Assembly (NCBI GenBank): GCA_938031175.1
Contig: CALHGZ010000004.1
Location: 67,635-131,634 of the forward strand
Direction of reading: 5' to 3'
DNA: 64,000 bases
Source of the DNA: Candidatus Kapaibacterium sp.
GTDB taxonomy: Bacteria; Bacteroidota; Ignavibacteria; Kapaibacteriales; UBA2268
Both the position numbers and the translations under genes were made by a program. Numbering within the stretch: position 1 is the stretch's first letter; every line of letters begins with the position of its first letter. Of this stretch, positions 9,841 to 20,211 are shown one piece after another. The notes beneath the pieces were generated by a model. It had not been told where the DNA came from and ran no database searches. It was given only the letters and a program-made list of their open reading frames with translations.

Positions 9841-11076
9841 ATGAGTGAAATAATAAACAATAAGCAAATGCGAATCGAGACTATGAAAAATCTCATCAGA
9901 CAGTTGCATACGGGAGTTGATGAAGAATCAATAAAGGAACAATTAGGCAAAATTTTACAAAGCGTTGATTATTCCGATGTATTTATAATGGAAAATCAGC
10001 TTATAGAAGAAGGAATACCAGCCGAAAGCATAAGAAAATTATGCGATGTACATACACGCGTTCTAAGGCAACATCTTGATTTGCAATTACCAACAGAAGC
10101 AATCGAAGGACATCCAATACATACACTAAGACAGGAAAATAAAGAGATTCAAAAAAGAGTTGACGAAGCAAAGACTATAATTTCGAGAGTGATGGATTTA
10201 AAAGATTCTGATATTTCCTCTTTTATGAATAAACTACACAAAATTTTCAATGATTTAACAGATATAGAAAAGCATTACTCAAAAAAAGAAAATTTAATAT
10301 TTCCATATTTCGAGAAAAAAAATTTTACTGGTCCATCGAAAGTAATGTGGGGGAAAGATGATGAAGTACGTGAATTTATGCGAAATGTGCTTGATGTTTT
10401 AAGTTCGGGTGAGCAATTAAATAAAGAAGAATTAATATTTTTTGTTAATCAGGCGGTAATTCCAGCTCTTGATGCAATTACCGAAATGATTTATAAAGAA
10501 GAAAAAATCTTCCTTCCAATGGCAAAAGAATTACTCACAGAACAAGAATGGTATGAAGTTTATCTTCAGACTGAAAATATTGGATATTGCTTGTATGTAC
10601 CATCAGTTGAGTGGCAACCTGAAGGTGGAAAACACGAAATTATTAGTGAAGTAACTAAATTGCCAGGTAAAATTAAATTACCAACTGGTTCATTTACCGT
10701 TGAAGAATTAATGAATATCTTCAATACGATGCCTTTTGATTTAACTTTTGTTGACAAGGATGATATTGTAAGATTTTTTAGCGAAGGACCTGATAGAATT
10801 TTTACTCGTACTAAAGCTATTTTGGGACGAAAAGTACAGAATTGCCATCCGCCGGATAGTGTTCATATTGTAAATAAAATAATATCTGATTTCAGAGAAG
10901 GGTATCAAAACAGAGCAAGATTTTGGATTAATTTCCATGGAAGATTTGTTTATATTGTTTATTACGCTGTCCGAGATGAGCAGGGCAATTATTTAGGTAC
11001 TCTCGAAGTTACACAAGATTTAACTGAATTACGTGAACTACAAGGTGAAAGGAGGCTATTAAGCTATGACAACTGA
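9841..11076 (+). CDS. DUF438-family protein (hemerythrin-like/PAS-containing sensor-type)
   Basis: 411 aa. N-terminal MSEIINNKQMRIETMKNLIRQLH… resembles the DUF438 N-terminus. Sits next to a DUF1858 gene, a known co-occurrence. Confidence 0.5.
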   Translation: MSEIINNKQMRIETMKNLIRQLHTGVDEESIKEQLGKILQSVDYSDVFIMENQLIEEGIPAESIRKLCDVHTRVLRQHLDLQLPTEAIEGHPIHTLRQENKEIQKRVDEAKTIISRVMDLKDSDISSFMNKLHKIFNDLTDIEKHYSKKENLIFPYFEKKNFTGPSKVMWGKDDEVREFMRNVLDVLSSGEQLNKEELIFFVNQAVIPALDAITEMIYKEEKIFLPMAKELLTEQEWYEVYLQTENIGYCLYVPSVEWQPEGGKHEIISEVTKLPGKIKLPTGSFTVEELMNIFNTMPFDLTFVDKDDIVRFFSEGPDRIFTRTKAILGRKVQNCHPPDSVHIVNKIISDFREGYQNRARFWINFHGRFVYIVYYAVRDEQGNYLGTLEVTQDLTELRELQGERRLLSYDN

Positions 11077-11596
11077 AAAAATATCAAAAGTAATGATTAA
11101 TTCAGATACCAAACTATTCGATATACTGGAAGCATATCCTGAATTGGAGGAATATATTATGAGTTTAGCTCCTCCGTTTAAAAATTTAAAAAAGCCTATT
11201 TTAAGGAAGACCATTGGCAAATTAGCTACAATTGATAAAGTAGCTAAGATAGGAGGATTAAAAACCATTGAGCTAATAAATGATTTAAGGAATAAAGTAG
11301 GTCAGCCATTAATCGAAGATAGGCAAGAGCTTATTGATTCCAACGACACAACGTTACCGGATTGGTTAAAAGGTGATCCTGTTACAATTATAAATGGTAT
11401 TGAATTACTCGAACAGGGTATCCATCCACTAAACACTGTAAATATTGAATTATCAAAAATTAATTCTAAACAATTCATCCTTTTAATAACTAACTTTTTG
11501 CCGGTACCATTGATTGACGCAATGGAGAAAGCCGGTCATAAAGTGTTTACGGTTGAGGAGGAAAATAATATTTATAAAAATTATATCTTGAAATAA
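11066..11596 (+). CDS. DUF1858-domain protein
   Basis: 176 aa. N-terminus …DTKLFDILEAYPELEEYIMSLAPPFKNLKKPILRKTIGKLATI… matches the DUF1858 pattern. AGGAGG RBS; overlaps the DUF438 gene by 11 nt. Confidence 0.5.
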   Translation: MTTEKISKVMINSDTKLFDILEAYPELEEYIMSLAPPFKNLKKPILRKTIGKLATIDKVAKIGGLKTIELINDLRNKVGQPLIEDRQELIDSNDTTLPDWLKGDPVTIINGIELLEQGIHPLNTVNIELSKINSKQFILLITNFLPVPLIDAMEKAGHKVFTVEEENNIYKNYILK

Positions 11597-11607
11597 AATT
11601 TATCTCT

Positions 11608-14600
11608 TTATAAGTTAAATTCTCTTGTTGGAAGTATTTTAATATTTCCTGAACCGGATACTGAATGAATTTCGGGAATATACATAGCTTCAGCACTTAT
11701 TGGTGGTAGGCGGTAGTCCCCTTGATTGACTACGCGCAGCAGGTAATTATATTCTTTACTTGTATTAGCTTTCAAGCCAGTAAATATTATTACTCTATCA
11801 TCCCTAATATCCAGGTACTCGATATTCATTTGATTGTTTTTTTGAGTAACTACTGATGAAAGTGATGTTAATCGGGGATTTTCAATTTCGAAACCAGCGG
11901 GTATTAAATCGCTTATAGCTATATTATCAACGGAACGCAAACCACTAGTTAATATTATTTTGCATAATATCAGTTGTCCTTGATAAAATATATTTTTAAT
12001 CGAGCGGCCGGTTCTGTAATCTAAATAAGTTCTACGAATATTTATAAATGAATCTTCTTCTTTGATAATAGTTCCTTTTTTTATTCCTCTTGCAGACCAA
12101 AAATAATATAATTCACCTTCGCCTTTAGTTCGGATTTGGACTTTTTTCCCGTTTAGTTTATCTTTGTTTAGTGAAATATCCTTCTCATCGCTTTTGGCTA
12201 CTACTTTCCCGTCAACCAATACTTCTACACTTATTTTACCAGTAGCTGATTTTTTTGCTGATTTACCTAATGCCATAACTGCCCAAGCGATTTCCTGGGT
12301 AGAGTGAGCTGAATTAATTAAATCCGATATATGTTTGATCAAAAATGGAATTTGTTTGTTACCGGGGTCATTATCAATTAAAACATTGAGCATCAGTGAA
12401 TTTGCTCTAAGTTCAGAATCAAAACATCCGTTACTTGTTCTCGCTGGTTTTTCCGGTGTGAATGCTGTAGGAATTATATCATAAAATGTAGCCCATTTTC
12501 CAGAATGAGCAAATGAAGCTGCTAACAAATATTTAGAATCATTTGGTAATATATTCAATCTGGCTCTGTAATAATTCATAGTTGGAATATCGCTATTACC
12601 GGCTAATGACAAAACATATAGGGAATAGAAAATTTCTTTAGCTGGAATAATCGAAATTCTTTGCTTTCCATTATCGTAATAGGTGTATGTATATTCAGTT
12701 TTTTGTTTGGCTAATTTGCTGAGATAAGCAATTAATCGGTTTAAAATTTTATCAGAAACATTAAATCCTGCTTTTTTCGCTTCGATTAAAAAATGAGCAG
12801 CATAGCAGCTTGCCCACCAATTAGATTGTAAACTTCCTTCCCAAAATGCAATACCGCCGTCGTACAATTGCATAGATTCTATTTTTTTTATGCCGTCTTT
12901 AATATAGTGCACAGGTGGATTTGTTCTGAAATTGTCAGGTGCAACGAGTTTTGCGAGCTCGGTAAAATATAACTGAGGAAAAAGTTTGGATATTGTTTGT
13001 TCAATACAGCCATAGGGGTAGCCAATAAGATTTTTGAGAAGTTTTGCATTGAGTACTGCGGGGAAACGACTCAAAACAAGTGTTTTTTCTGAATTAAACA
13101 GGAAGTCTGAACCGAATCTTATTTCTAATTCGGAATTTCCTCTGATTGTGCCGCTTCCGCTCTCTGTGATATATGGGGAAGTGGGCCTAATTGATATTTC
13201 AGTTGTGTCAGAAAATTGTCCATTACATACAATTATAATTTTGCCATTGCCAGGGAATTCGTTCGCTTTAATTTTGAAAATAGCCTGAGATGTACTATTG
13301 GGATTGATTTTTATATTTTGAAAATTTTTTGATAGTAGTTTCAAAGCTCCTTCGATTTTCATTTCAATTTTGGCACTCATTCCTTCTTTGCTCGTATTTA
13401 TAATTGTAACTGGGCAGATGAGTTCATCTCCAATTGATAAAAATCTTGGTATTTGAGGTTCGATAATTAAATCGTCAAAGACTTTTACGAAATTTTCAGC
13501 AGAGCCAAATTTTTCATTTTGATATGCAACAGCCATCAAACGTATTTCACCATTGAATTGTGGTATTGGTAAATTGAATGAAACTTTTCCGTCTTTACCT
13601 GTTTTTTTAATGCCACTCCAATAAGCAAGTAATTGAAATCTTCGAGCTGGAATAGGATTAAGGGCTTTTTTCCTGTATTCATCTAAAAAATCGCCTTCAT
13701 CGCCACCACCTGGAGATGAACTTTGTGAAATAATTTCAGGTAAAAGAAATTTATATATATCATAGGACTCGACTTTTAAGCTTCTTTTAGAGTACATAAA
13801 TTTGTATGGGTCTGGTGTTTCAAAATTTTTAATTTGTAATATTCCTTCGTCAACAGCTGATAATGTGAGAAAAATATTTTTCTCAGGCAAGGTTTCAACT
13901 GTAACGTTGAGTATTGAATTAGGTTTAATTTTTTGTGAAGAAATTATTTTAAGAGGTAATTTATTTGATGGTTTTTCAACAGATATTGAGGTAATACCGT
14001 GACCGACAAAGAATGGTGTGCTTTGTTCGGGTTTATGTTTTTTAAATAATGTTGCTGATATATAAACATTTGGCAGATACTCATCTTTAATATTTAATTG
14101 AAGTTCAGCAGAGTTATTTACAACATTGAGATATCTGTAATCATATATTCCGTTTCTTTCTATAGTAACAAGTAATTTACCAGAAAAAGGGCATGTAAAT
14201 AGAATTTTTGCTAAATCACCGGGTTTATAACTTTGTTTATCAGTTGTGATTTCGAGTTTTCCCTCTTTATTGACATTGAACGAGCTAATAGTTGATGTTG
14301 CAGAGCTATAAGCAAAAAAGTCAACTTTCTGATAATCGCTGAAATCTGGTAAAGAAGCTCTTAATTGATATTTGCCAGATTTTTCGACTGTAAATTTAAT
14401 TTCACCGATTTCGTTAATTGTAATCTCTTTATTCCATTCAATAAATTCCTTTTCTTCGGAACTATAAAAGAATCTGTCATCCCATCTTTTTCTTAGCACT
14501 GTCCTCCATTCATAACGCACGAGAGTAAGATTTATCTTTTGGAGATTTAATGGTTTGCTTTTATCATCCAAAACAATGAAATTATACTTAATAGGTTGGT

Positions 14601-17019
14601 TTGTTGAATAGTAATAACCATTTGATTTGATACCTAAAAATTTGTTTCTGGAGAAAATTTCGAATTCAATTGCTCGATTTACACTTCTACCAGTTAAATC
14701 AAATACGCTTACATAAGCTATAGCTTTTATTATTCCCGGTTCATCCCATAGCTCAGGTATCCTAAAGTTAATTTTTGATTTGCCTTCTTGGTTCAGGTAT
14801 CCGTCAAAATAGATTTCATCGTAATTTTTTTTGCTGGTCAATCCAGATGCAAAGTCGAAATCTTTGTACTTTACAGATGTAAATGGCATAACTTTGAAAA
14901 ATAAATTTATTTCATATCGTAAGCCTGCAGCTTTAGCTCCATAGAGAAATTCTGATTCGATGTCAAAATTAATTACATCACCGGTATAGTATCTGGTTTT
15001 TTCTTGTTTTAAAAATACTCTAATCCTATCAGGTATAAATTCTTCAATGCTGAATTTATAAGTACCAATAATTTTATCGTTAACTGTGTAAATTTCGAAT
15101 GTGTATTCTCCAGTTTGAGCAAAATCAGGTATATTATAGACCAATTCAAATGAACCTTGCTCATTAAGAACATGTTTGAATTCATCGACTATTTTGTTAG
15201 TTGGAGAAATGATTTTTGTCAAAATGGGTAATTCTTCAGGAATGTTAAAATTTGATTTTCTGATTATGGCTGATAGATAAACTTTATCCCCCGGTCTGTA
15301 AAGATTCCTATCTGAATAAATGAATGCAGAGTAATTTGATGACAGTTCGTTTAATCCGCTTATGTCGAATCTGGAGGTTTCTAAACGTGATTCTGTTAGA
15401 CTTAGAAAATTGAAATCATCATCTGTTTCGGCAGTAATCAATTTGAGTTCAAAATCTTGTAATTTTTCCTGTAGATCAGTAAAGTAGGCGAGGCCTGATT
15501 TATCGGTTTTGGCTGTTGCAAGAATTTGATTGTTGCTCGAAATTAAATTAATCTCAACGTTACTTAAAGGTTCAGCGTCTTTAATTGAATTGGCAAATAC
15601 GTATAAATCCCGTTCGGTTTTCTTTGCTATAAGAGCTATGTCAGAAATGGCTAATATTTTTGAATCGCTAATCCAGATGTCAGTATTTGAAAAGATATTA
15701 ATTGCATAAATACCCTTTGAGGGGAATTTGATTACACTATCGAGATTAAGTATATATTTTTCTAGCCAGTTTTGGGATGAATTTAAAGTTACATTTTTTT
15801 GGAAAATAGTTTTACCGTAGCGACTTGTATAGATATAAGGATTATAATAAAAATCATCATCCCAACCATAAGAATATTCCTCTGAATGGAGGAAAAATGC
15901 TAAGTTATTTTTATAAATTTTTGCTACTTCGATTTGGATTTCATCAACATTGACGGAATTAATTTCAATATTATGATTACCGCCGAGCATAAGATACTTC
16001 CCTTTTCTATCCACAAAGTAGACAGAAGGCTCCAAATCAGTAAGAAATACAAGAGCTTCGTAATCATTATTGAGTTTACCGCCAAAGATTCCGGTTAATC
16101 CTTTTTTTACTAAAACTTTGATGCTTTTGTCTTCAGTCATATCGCAATCGAGGTGTAAAATGTTTCCGTTTGTGTGAAATTTATAATCACGATATGGTTC
16201 TAATGCTATGAATTGACTGATTTTTGATTCATCAAAAGGTTGAGTTGATTTTATTTCTATCCACCCTGTATAACCATCAAAACCAGCAGCTACACCTGTT
16301 ATTTCCAATTCAGTAACAGGTGGTAATTCTTTGTTTATTGTTATTGTTTCTTTTAATTTGTTATTTCCAATTATTGTTGTTAATTCCTGATTAATTACAA
16401 ATTCAATTTTTTGAGATTTATTTGTTTGTTTAATTTCTTTTAATAAAATGATGATTTTTGTAGATGGTTGATTTGTAAGCACTGAGAAATTTTCAATTTC
16501 CTGATTATTAACTTTTAATTTAACATATTTAACTATGTTTTCGGGACTTACGGGATAAGTGAAGTTCATTTCAGTTTGAATATCGAGATAATAATCTTTC
16601 TCGGCAATATTTGACCAGTATATATCGAGTGATTCAAGTTCAAAATCAGGTGTTTTAAATTCAATGATTTGAAAATCTGGATAATATTCTGAGTCAAAAA
16701 GTACTTTGTCTGTAATTTTTGCTTTATAGCTTTGCATTGGAGCAAGTGCTGCATCAGGGGCAAAAATCAATACGTTACTCGAAAGCCATTTATATTGACC
16801 TGATATTGATGGCTCGAATTTTATAAATTCTTCTTTTAGCCATATACCTTGCTTATCAATTGGTGCTAATTGTTTGCTAAATTCTATTCGAAAGGTCGTT
16901 TGTGATTTTACAACTCCGCTTGGTGTAAAATCTACTATTCGAACTGAGTTCGATGTTACACAAGCAATAAAAATTATAGTAGTGAATAAGTAGAAGATAG
17001 TTCTCATTTTTAACTCCAA
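11608..17019 (-). CDS. Alpha-2-macroglobulin family lipoprotein (thioester-containing)
   Basis: 1803 aa. Lipoprotein-type signal (…IFIAC). GCIEQ thioester motif encoded at 12997..13011 (- strand). Long all-β N-terminal region followed by an α-helical thioester domain, typical of bacterial A2M (ECAM/YfhM-like). Confidence 0.75.
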   Translation of the reverse strand: MELKMRTIFYLFTTIIFIACVTSNSVRIVDFTPSGVVKSQTTFRIEFSKQLAPIDKQGIWLKEEFIKFEPSISGQYKWLSSNVLIFAPDAALAPMQSYKAKITDKVLFDSEYYPDFQIIEFKTPDFELESLDIYWSNIAEKDYYLDIQTEMNFTYPVSPENIVKYVKLKVNNQEIENFSVLTNQPSTKIIILLKEIKQTNKSQKIEFVINQELTTIIGNNKLKETITINKELPPVTELEITGVAAGFDGYTGWIEIKSTQPFDESKISQFIALEPYRDYKFHTNGNILHLDCDMTEDKSIKVLVKKGLTGIFGGKLNNDYEALVFLTDLEPSVYFVDRKGKYLMLGGNHNIEINSVNVDEIQIEVAKIYKNNLAFFLHSEEYSYGWDDDFYYNPYIYTSRYGKTIFQKNVTLNSSQNWLEKYILNLDSVIKFPSKGIYAINIFSNTDIWISDSKILAISDIALIAKKTERDLYVFANSIKDAEPLSNVEINLISSNNQILATAKTDKSGLAYFTDLQEKLQDFELKLITAETDDDFNFLSLTESRLETSRFDISGLNELSSNYSAFIYSDRNLYRPGDKVYLSAIIRKSNFNIPEELPILTKIISPTNKIVDEFKHVLNEQGSFELVYNIPDFAQTGEYTFEIYTVNDKIIGTYKFSIEEFIPDRIRVFLKQEKTRYYTGDVINFDIESEFLYGAKAAGLRYEINLFFKVMPFTSVKYKDFDFASGLTSKKNYDEIYFDGYLNQEGKSKINFRIPELWDEPGIIKAIAYVSVFDLTGRSVNRAIEFEIFSRNKFLGIKSNGYYYSTNQPIKYNFIVLDDKSKPLNLQKINLTLVRYEWRTVLRKRWDDRFFYSSEEKEFIEWNKEITINEIGEIKFTVEKSGKYQLRASLPDFSDYQKVDFFAYSSATSTISSFNVNKEGKLEITTDKQSYKPGDLAKILFTCPFSGKLLVTIERNGIYDYRYLNVVNNSAELQLNIKDEYLPNVYISATLFKKHKPEQSTPFFVGHGITSISVEKPSNKLPLKIISSQKIKPNSILNVTVETLPEKNIFLTLSAVDEGILQIKNFETPDPYKFMYSKRSLKVESYDIYKFLLPEIISQSSSPGGGDEGDFLDEYRKKALNPIPARRFQLLAYWSGIKKTGKDGKVSFNLPIPQFNGEIRLMAVAYQNEKFGSAENFVKVFDDLIIEPQIPRFLSIGDELICPVTIINTSKEGMSAKIEMKIEGALKLLSKNFQNIKINPNSTSQAIFKIKANEFPGNGKIIIVCNGQFSDTTEISIRPTSPYITESGSGTIRGNSELEIRFGSDFLFNSEKTLVLSRFPAVLNAKLLKNLIGYPYGCIEQTISKLFPQLYFTELAKLVAPDNFRTNPPVHYIKDGIKKIESMQLYDGGIAFWEGSLQSNWWASCYAAHFLIEAKKAGFNVSDKILNRLIAYLSKLAKQKTEYTYTYYDNGKQRISIIPAKEIFYSLYVLSLAGNSDIPTMNYYRARLNILPNDSKYLLAASFAHSGKWATFYDIIPTAFTPEKPARTSNGCFDSELRANSLMLNVLIDNDPGNKQIPFLIKHISDLINSAHSTQEIAWAVMALGKSAKKSATGKISVEVLVDGKVVAKSDEKDISLNKDKLNGKKVQIRTKGEGELYYFWSARGIKKGTIIKEEDSFINIRRTYLDYRTGRSIKNIFYQGQLILCKIILTSGLRSVDNIAISDLIPAGFEIENPRLTSLSSVVTQKNNQMNIEYLDIRDDRVIIFTGLKANTSKEYNYLLRVVNQGDYRLPPISAEAMYIPEIHSVSGSGNIKILPTREFNL

Positions 17020-17175
17020 CTAATAATAACTATTTTTGATAATGAAATTACAAAATTTCCGATATTTAGATAAAATAAAAAATAGTTTTTCGGAAAGATA
17101 AAATTTTTGTTAGCGAGATTATATATAGTGTTATTTTGATAATATTTAAGGTTTTTAAATATATTCTAATTGTTT

Positions 17176-18504
17176 TTATTTCCCGGACAAGGTTAATTCG
17201 GCAACTTTAATGGTTGGTCCGAAAATGCTACGATTTTTTTCTGGGTCATTTCCGATCATCTCAATGTTGTTAAGAATATCAGCTAAGTTCCCAGAAAATG
17301 TAATTTCCATAACTGGGAATGAAATTTCGCCCTTTTCAATCCAAAGACCAAAAGCACCACGGGATATATCACCGGTTGTTGGAACGGTTCCTTGACCGAT
17401 AGTATTGACAAGTAATAATCCTTTATCCACTGATTTTATAATCTCATCTTGTGAAAGATTTCCTTCTTTTAGATAAAAGTTAGTGGCTCCTCCAGCGTTG
17501 CCAGTTGAATTTAGGTTAAGCTTTCGGGCGCTGTATGTATCAAGAAGGTAACTATTAAGAATACCATTTTGGATGACTGTTGTTTGCCGAGATGGTACTC
17601 CTTCTGCATCAAAAGGTCTGCTTCCGGGATAGGCTATAAGAGTTGGATCATCAATCAATGTTATATTGCTGCCTGCAATTTTTTGTCCTAGTTTTCCAAC
17701 AAGGAATGATCGATTACTATAAATAGCGGATCCGTGTAAGCAAGATGCTAAAAATCCAAGCAATGATGCAGTCATTCTGGGTTCGAATACAACTGGGACT
17801 TTGCGGGATTCGATTTTTTTTGCGCCAAGCATTCTACAGACGCGGTTTATTGCTGTTTTGGCTATTATTTCATTCTCTGGTAAAAATTGGAATGATATTG
17901 CCGATTCCATGGCACCATCTTGATATTGATTTTCTCCTTCGCCGGATTGAAGCCAAACACCAGCGTTGCATCTGCTCGATTTGTTTATGCCAGAAAATCC
18001 GTTTGAATTCGTAAGATAATATTCAAATATACTTGTGGAAAAAAAAGAACCAAGAGAAAGCCGTATTCTTTTGTCAGAAGTTGCAATTTTTTCTATTTCT
18101 TTAGCTCTTATTATTTTTTTTTCTGCGGGTATTTCCTCGACTTGTGGATCGAATATTTTCAAGTCAATATAAGAGATAGTAGGTTCTTGTTTTTCAGGTA
18201 AAAGGGCATATTTGTCAGGATTTGAATAACTTGCTCTTTTTATTGTACTTTTGATCAATTGTTCAATGGTGTCTTGGCTTAAATCCGACGAGTTGGCAGT
18301 TGCCACTTTTTCATCAACTATTACTTTTAATGATAATGATGAAGAGCTTGAATTCTGTAATTTTTCAATATTTCCTTCTCTGACTTCAACAGTAAAATGT
18401 TTCGCTGCGCTAATAGCTATTTGAACTTGATTAGCACCATTTTTTTGAGCAAATTCTACTAATTTATGAGCATAATCAAGATAATTTGTTTCATAAATGT
18501 TCAT
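17176..18504 (-). CDS. pmbA: PmbA/TldE-family metallopeptidase component
   Basis: 442 aa TldD/PmbA-family architecture. No signal peptide. 4-nt overlap with the upstream tldD-like gene. Confidence 0.65.
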   Translation of the reverse strand: MNIYETNYLDYAHKLVEFAQKNGANQVQIAISAAKHFTVEVREGNIEKLQNSSSSSLSLKVIVDEKVATANSSDLSQDTIEQLIKSTIKRASYSNPDKYALLPEKQEPTISYIDLKIFDPQVEEIPAEKKIIRAKEIEKIATSDKRIRLSLGSFFSTSIFEYYLTNSNGFSGINKSSRCNAGVWLQSGEGENQYQDGAMESAISFQFLPENEIIAKTAINRVCRMLGAKKIESRKVPVVFEPRMTASLLGFLASCLHGSAIYSNRSFLVGKLGQKIAGSNITLIDDPTLIAYPGSRPFDAEGVPSRQTTVIQNGILNSYLLDTYSARKLNLNSTGNAGGATNFYLKEGNLSQDEIIKSVDKGLLLVNTIGQGTVPTTGDISRGAFGLWIEKGEISFPVMEITFSGNLADILNNIEMIGNDPEKNRSIFGPTIKVAELTLSGK

Positions 18505-20018
18505 ACTGCACCTCCTACAGTCATTCTGTCAATTCTTAAAGTTGGAGTACCACATGTAACAGGAACGCTTTGTCCGCTTTTACCACAAGTACCAAGGAAA
18601 AATCCCATATCATTTCCTATCATAGATACTTCTTTTAAAATTTGGATATTAGTTCCGATTAATGTTGCGTTCTTAACTGGATAAGTTAATTTACCGTTTT
18701 CAATCATATAGCCGAGATTGACTGAGAAAGTAAATTTACCAGTGTCGTTAACCATACCACCTTGGTATGTAATTGCGTAGAAGCCTTTTTTTACAGACTC
18801 GATTATTTCTTCTGGGTCTTTGTCTCCTTGGGCTAAAATTGTATTATTCATTCTAGGGATGGGTGGATGCTGATATGATTCACGTCTACCGTGACCGTTT
18901 AGTTTATGATTCATTATTTTAGCTGATAATCTATCGTTTAGGTATCCGACAAGCTTGCCTTTTTCAATTAAAATAACATTTTCAGTAACTATTCCTTCGT
19001 CGTCTATATTTAGGCTACCTCTGTAACCTTCAATTGTAGCATCGTCGTAAATTGTAACTATATCATTAGCAACCATTTGATTTAATTTATCCCACATAAT
19101 AGAAGACCGTCGCCAATTTTTATCGGCTTCGAGGGGATGGCCAACAGCTTCGTGTATCATAACCCCTGACTGGTCTTTGCTCAAAACGACAATTTGTTCT
19201 CCGACAGGAGCATTTTTTGCTGTTAGCAAAGTAATTGCTTCATCTGCTGCTTTTTCGCCAATTGTCTCGGGTTTTACAATTTTTTCAAAATAATCTCTGC
19301 CAATTCTTCCACCAGCATTTGCCGAGCCTGTGTTTTTTATACCATTTTTCTCTGCTGTAGCTACAACTACAAGCCGAGCTTGTGGGCGTATGTCGAAAAC
19401 TAATTCACCATCGCTATTTGCAATGGCAACATACTGTATTTCATCTGATAATGTTGCTACTACTTTATTAATGTATTCTTTTTTGATTGCAGAATTATAA
19501 GCTCTCCTTATCAATGTTATTTTGTAATCGAGATCTGATTGAGTTAAATTGTTTTCAAGGCTATAGAAATTATTTTGGTGGTTAATTTGGTCTAAATTAG
19601 CAATTTTAATTTTAGCTTTTGGATCGCTTGCGATTGCTCCAGCAATTCTTGCAGTATTCAAAATCTGTTCAATCCGCAAATCATTGGTATGAGCGTAACC
19701 GGTTTGGATCCCATTGATTACACGGATTCCAAGCCCGAATAAAATGTTTTCGGAACTGCTTTTGATGATGTCTTCTTCTAAAGTTAATGAGCTTGAAATT
19801 TTATATTCAAAGAAAATGTCAGCAAATTCACCGCCTTTTTCAAGAGCAGTAGAGAGTATTTTTTTTATATCTTCCTTTGTTAATCCGAATTTATCGAGCA
19901 ATGAATTATTTGCTTTAGGTTGAACTTCGCTCGAAAATAATCGTGGTAAATTTGGGTTAATCATAAAGGCACCGACTCCTAATCCACAAGTTTTTAAAAA
20001 ATCACGTCTGTTTTTCAA
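18501..20018 (-). CDS. tldD: TldD-family metallopeptidase with twin-arginine (Tat) signal peptide
   Basis: 505 aa. N-terminal MKNRRDFLKTCGLGVGAF is a Tat motif. HEAVGHPLE Zn-binding motif as in TldD. Confidence 0.7.
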   Translation of the reverse strand: MKNRRDFLKTCGLGVGAFMINPNLPRLFSSEVQPKANNSLLDKFGLTKEDIKKILSTALEKGGEFADIFFEYKISSSLTLEEDIIKSSSENILFGLGIRVINGIQTGYAHTNDLRIEQILNTARIAGAIASDPKAKIKIANLDQINHQNNFYSLENNLTQSDLDYKITLIRRAYNSAIKKEYINKVVATLSDEIQYVAIANSDGELVFDIRPQARLVVVATAEKNGIKNTGSANAGGRIGRDYFEKIVKPETIGEKAADEAITLLTAKNAPVGEQIVVLSKDQSGVMIHEAVGHPLEADKNWRRSSIMWDKLNQMVANDIVTIYDDATIEGYRGSLNIDDEGIVTENVILIEKGKLVGYLNDRLSAKIMNHKLNGHGRRESYQHPPIPRMNNTILAQGDKDPEEIIESVKKGFYAITYQGGMVNDTGKFTFSVNLGYMIENGKLTYPVKNATLIGTNIQILKEVSMIGNDMGFFLGTCGKSGQSVPVTCGTPTLRIDRMTVGGAV

Positions 20019-20211
20019 TTAAATTTTCTCCCTTTTATTGTTACATACTAACACAAATATAAATCTTTCAGATTAAAAAGTTGAATTGTGTATAAAATTT
20101 CTTAGATAAAAAATAAAAATTCTGATTTTATTTAAAAAGTAGTTTATTAATTAATAAAAATTATTTTTTTTTGTAAAAGATTAAAAAAGTAAAAATTAAT
20201 TGGAGTAAAAT

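Noticed and set aside
13034-14002. Short ORFs (84 aa at 13034..13288, 66 aa at 13802..14002) and other 60-120-aa ORFs nested antisense in large genes (e.g. 1751..1942, 16566..16763, 17745..18014, 40431..40793, 41001..41438, 47639..47983, 48114..48470)
   Set aside because: Fully embedded, on the opposite strand, within strongly supported long CDSs (A2M, groEL, fliM/fliN etc.). No RBS. Compositions typical of AT-rich antisense frames. Considered spurious.
20019-20211. Looked for a SAM/T-box-type riboswitch in the 193-nt leader of the methionine γ-lyase-like gene
   Set aside because: The region is extremely AT-rich with no conserved helices or GC-rich stems. No riboswitch-like structure evident.
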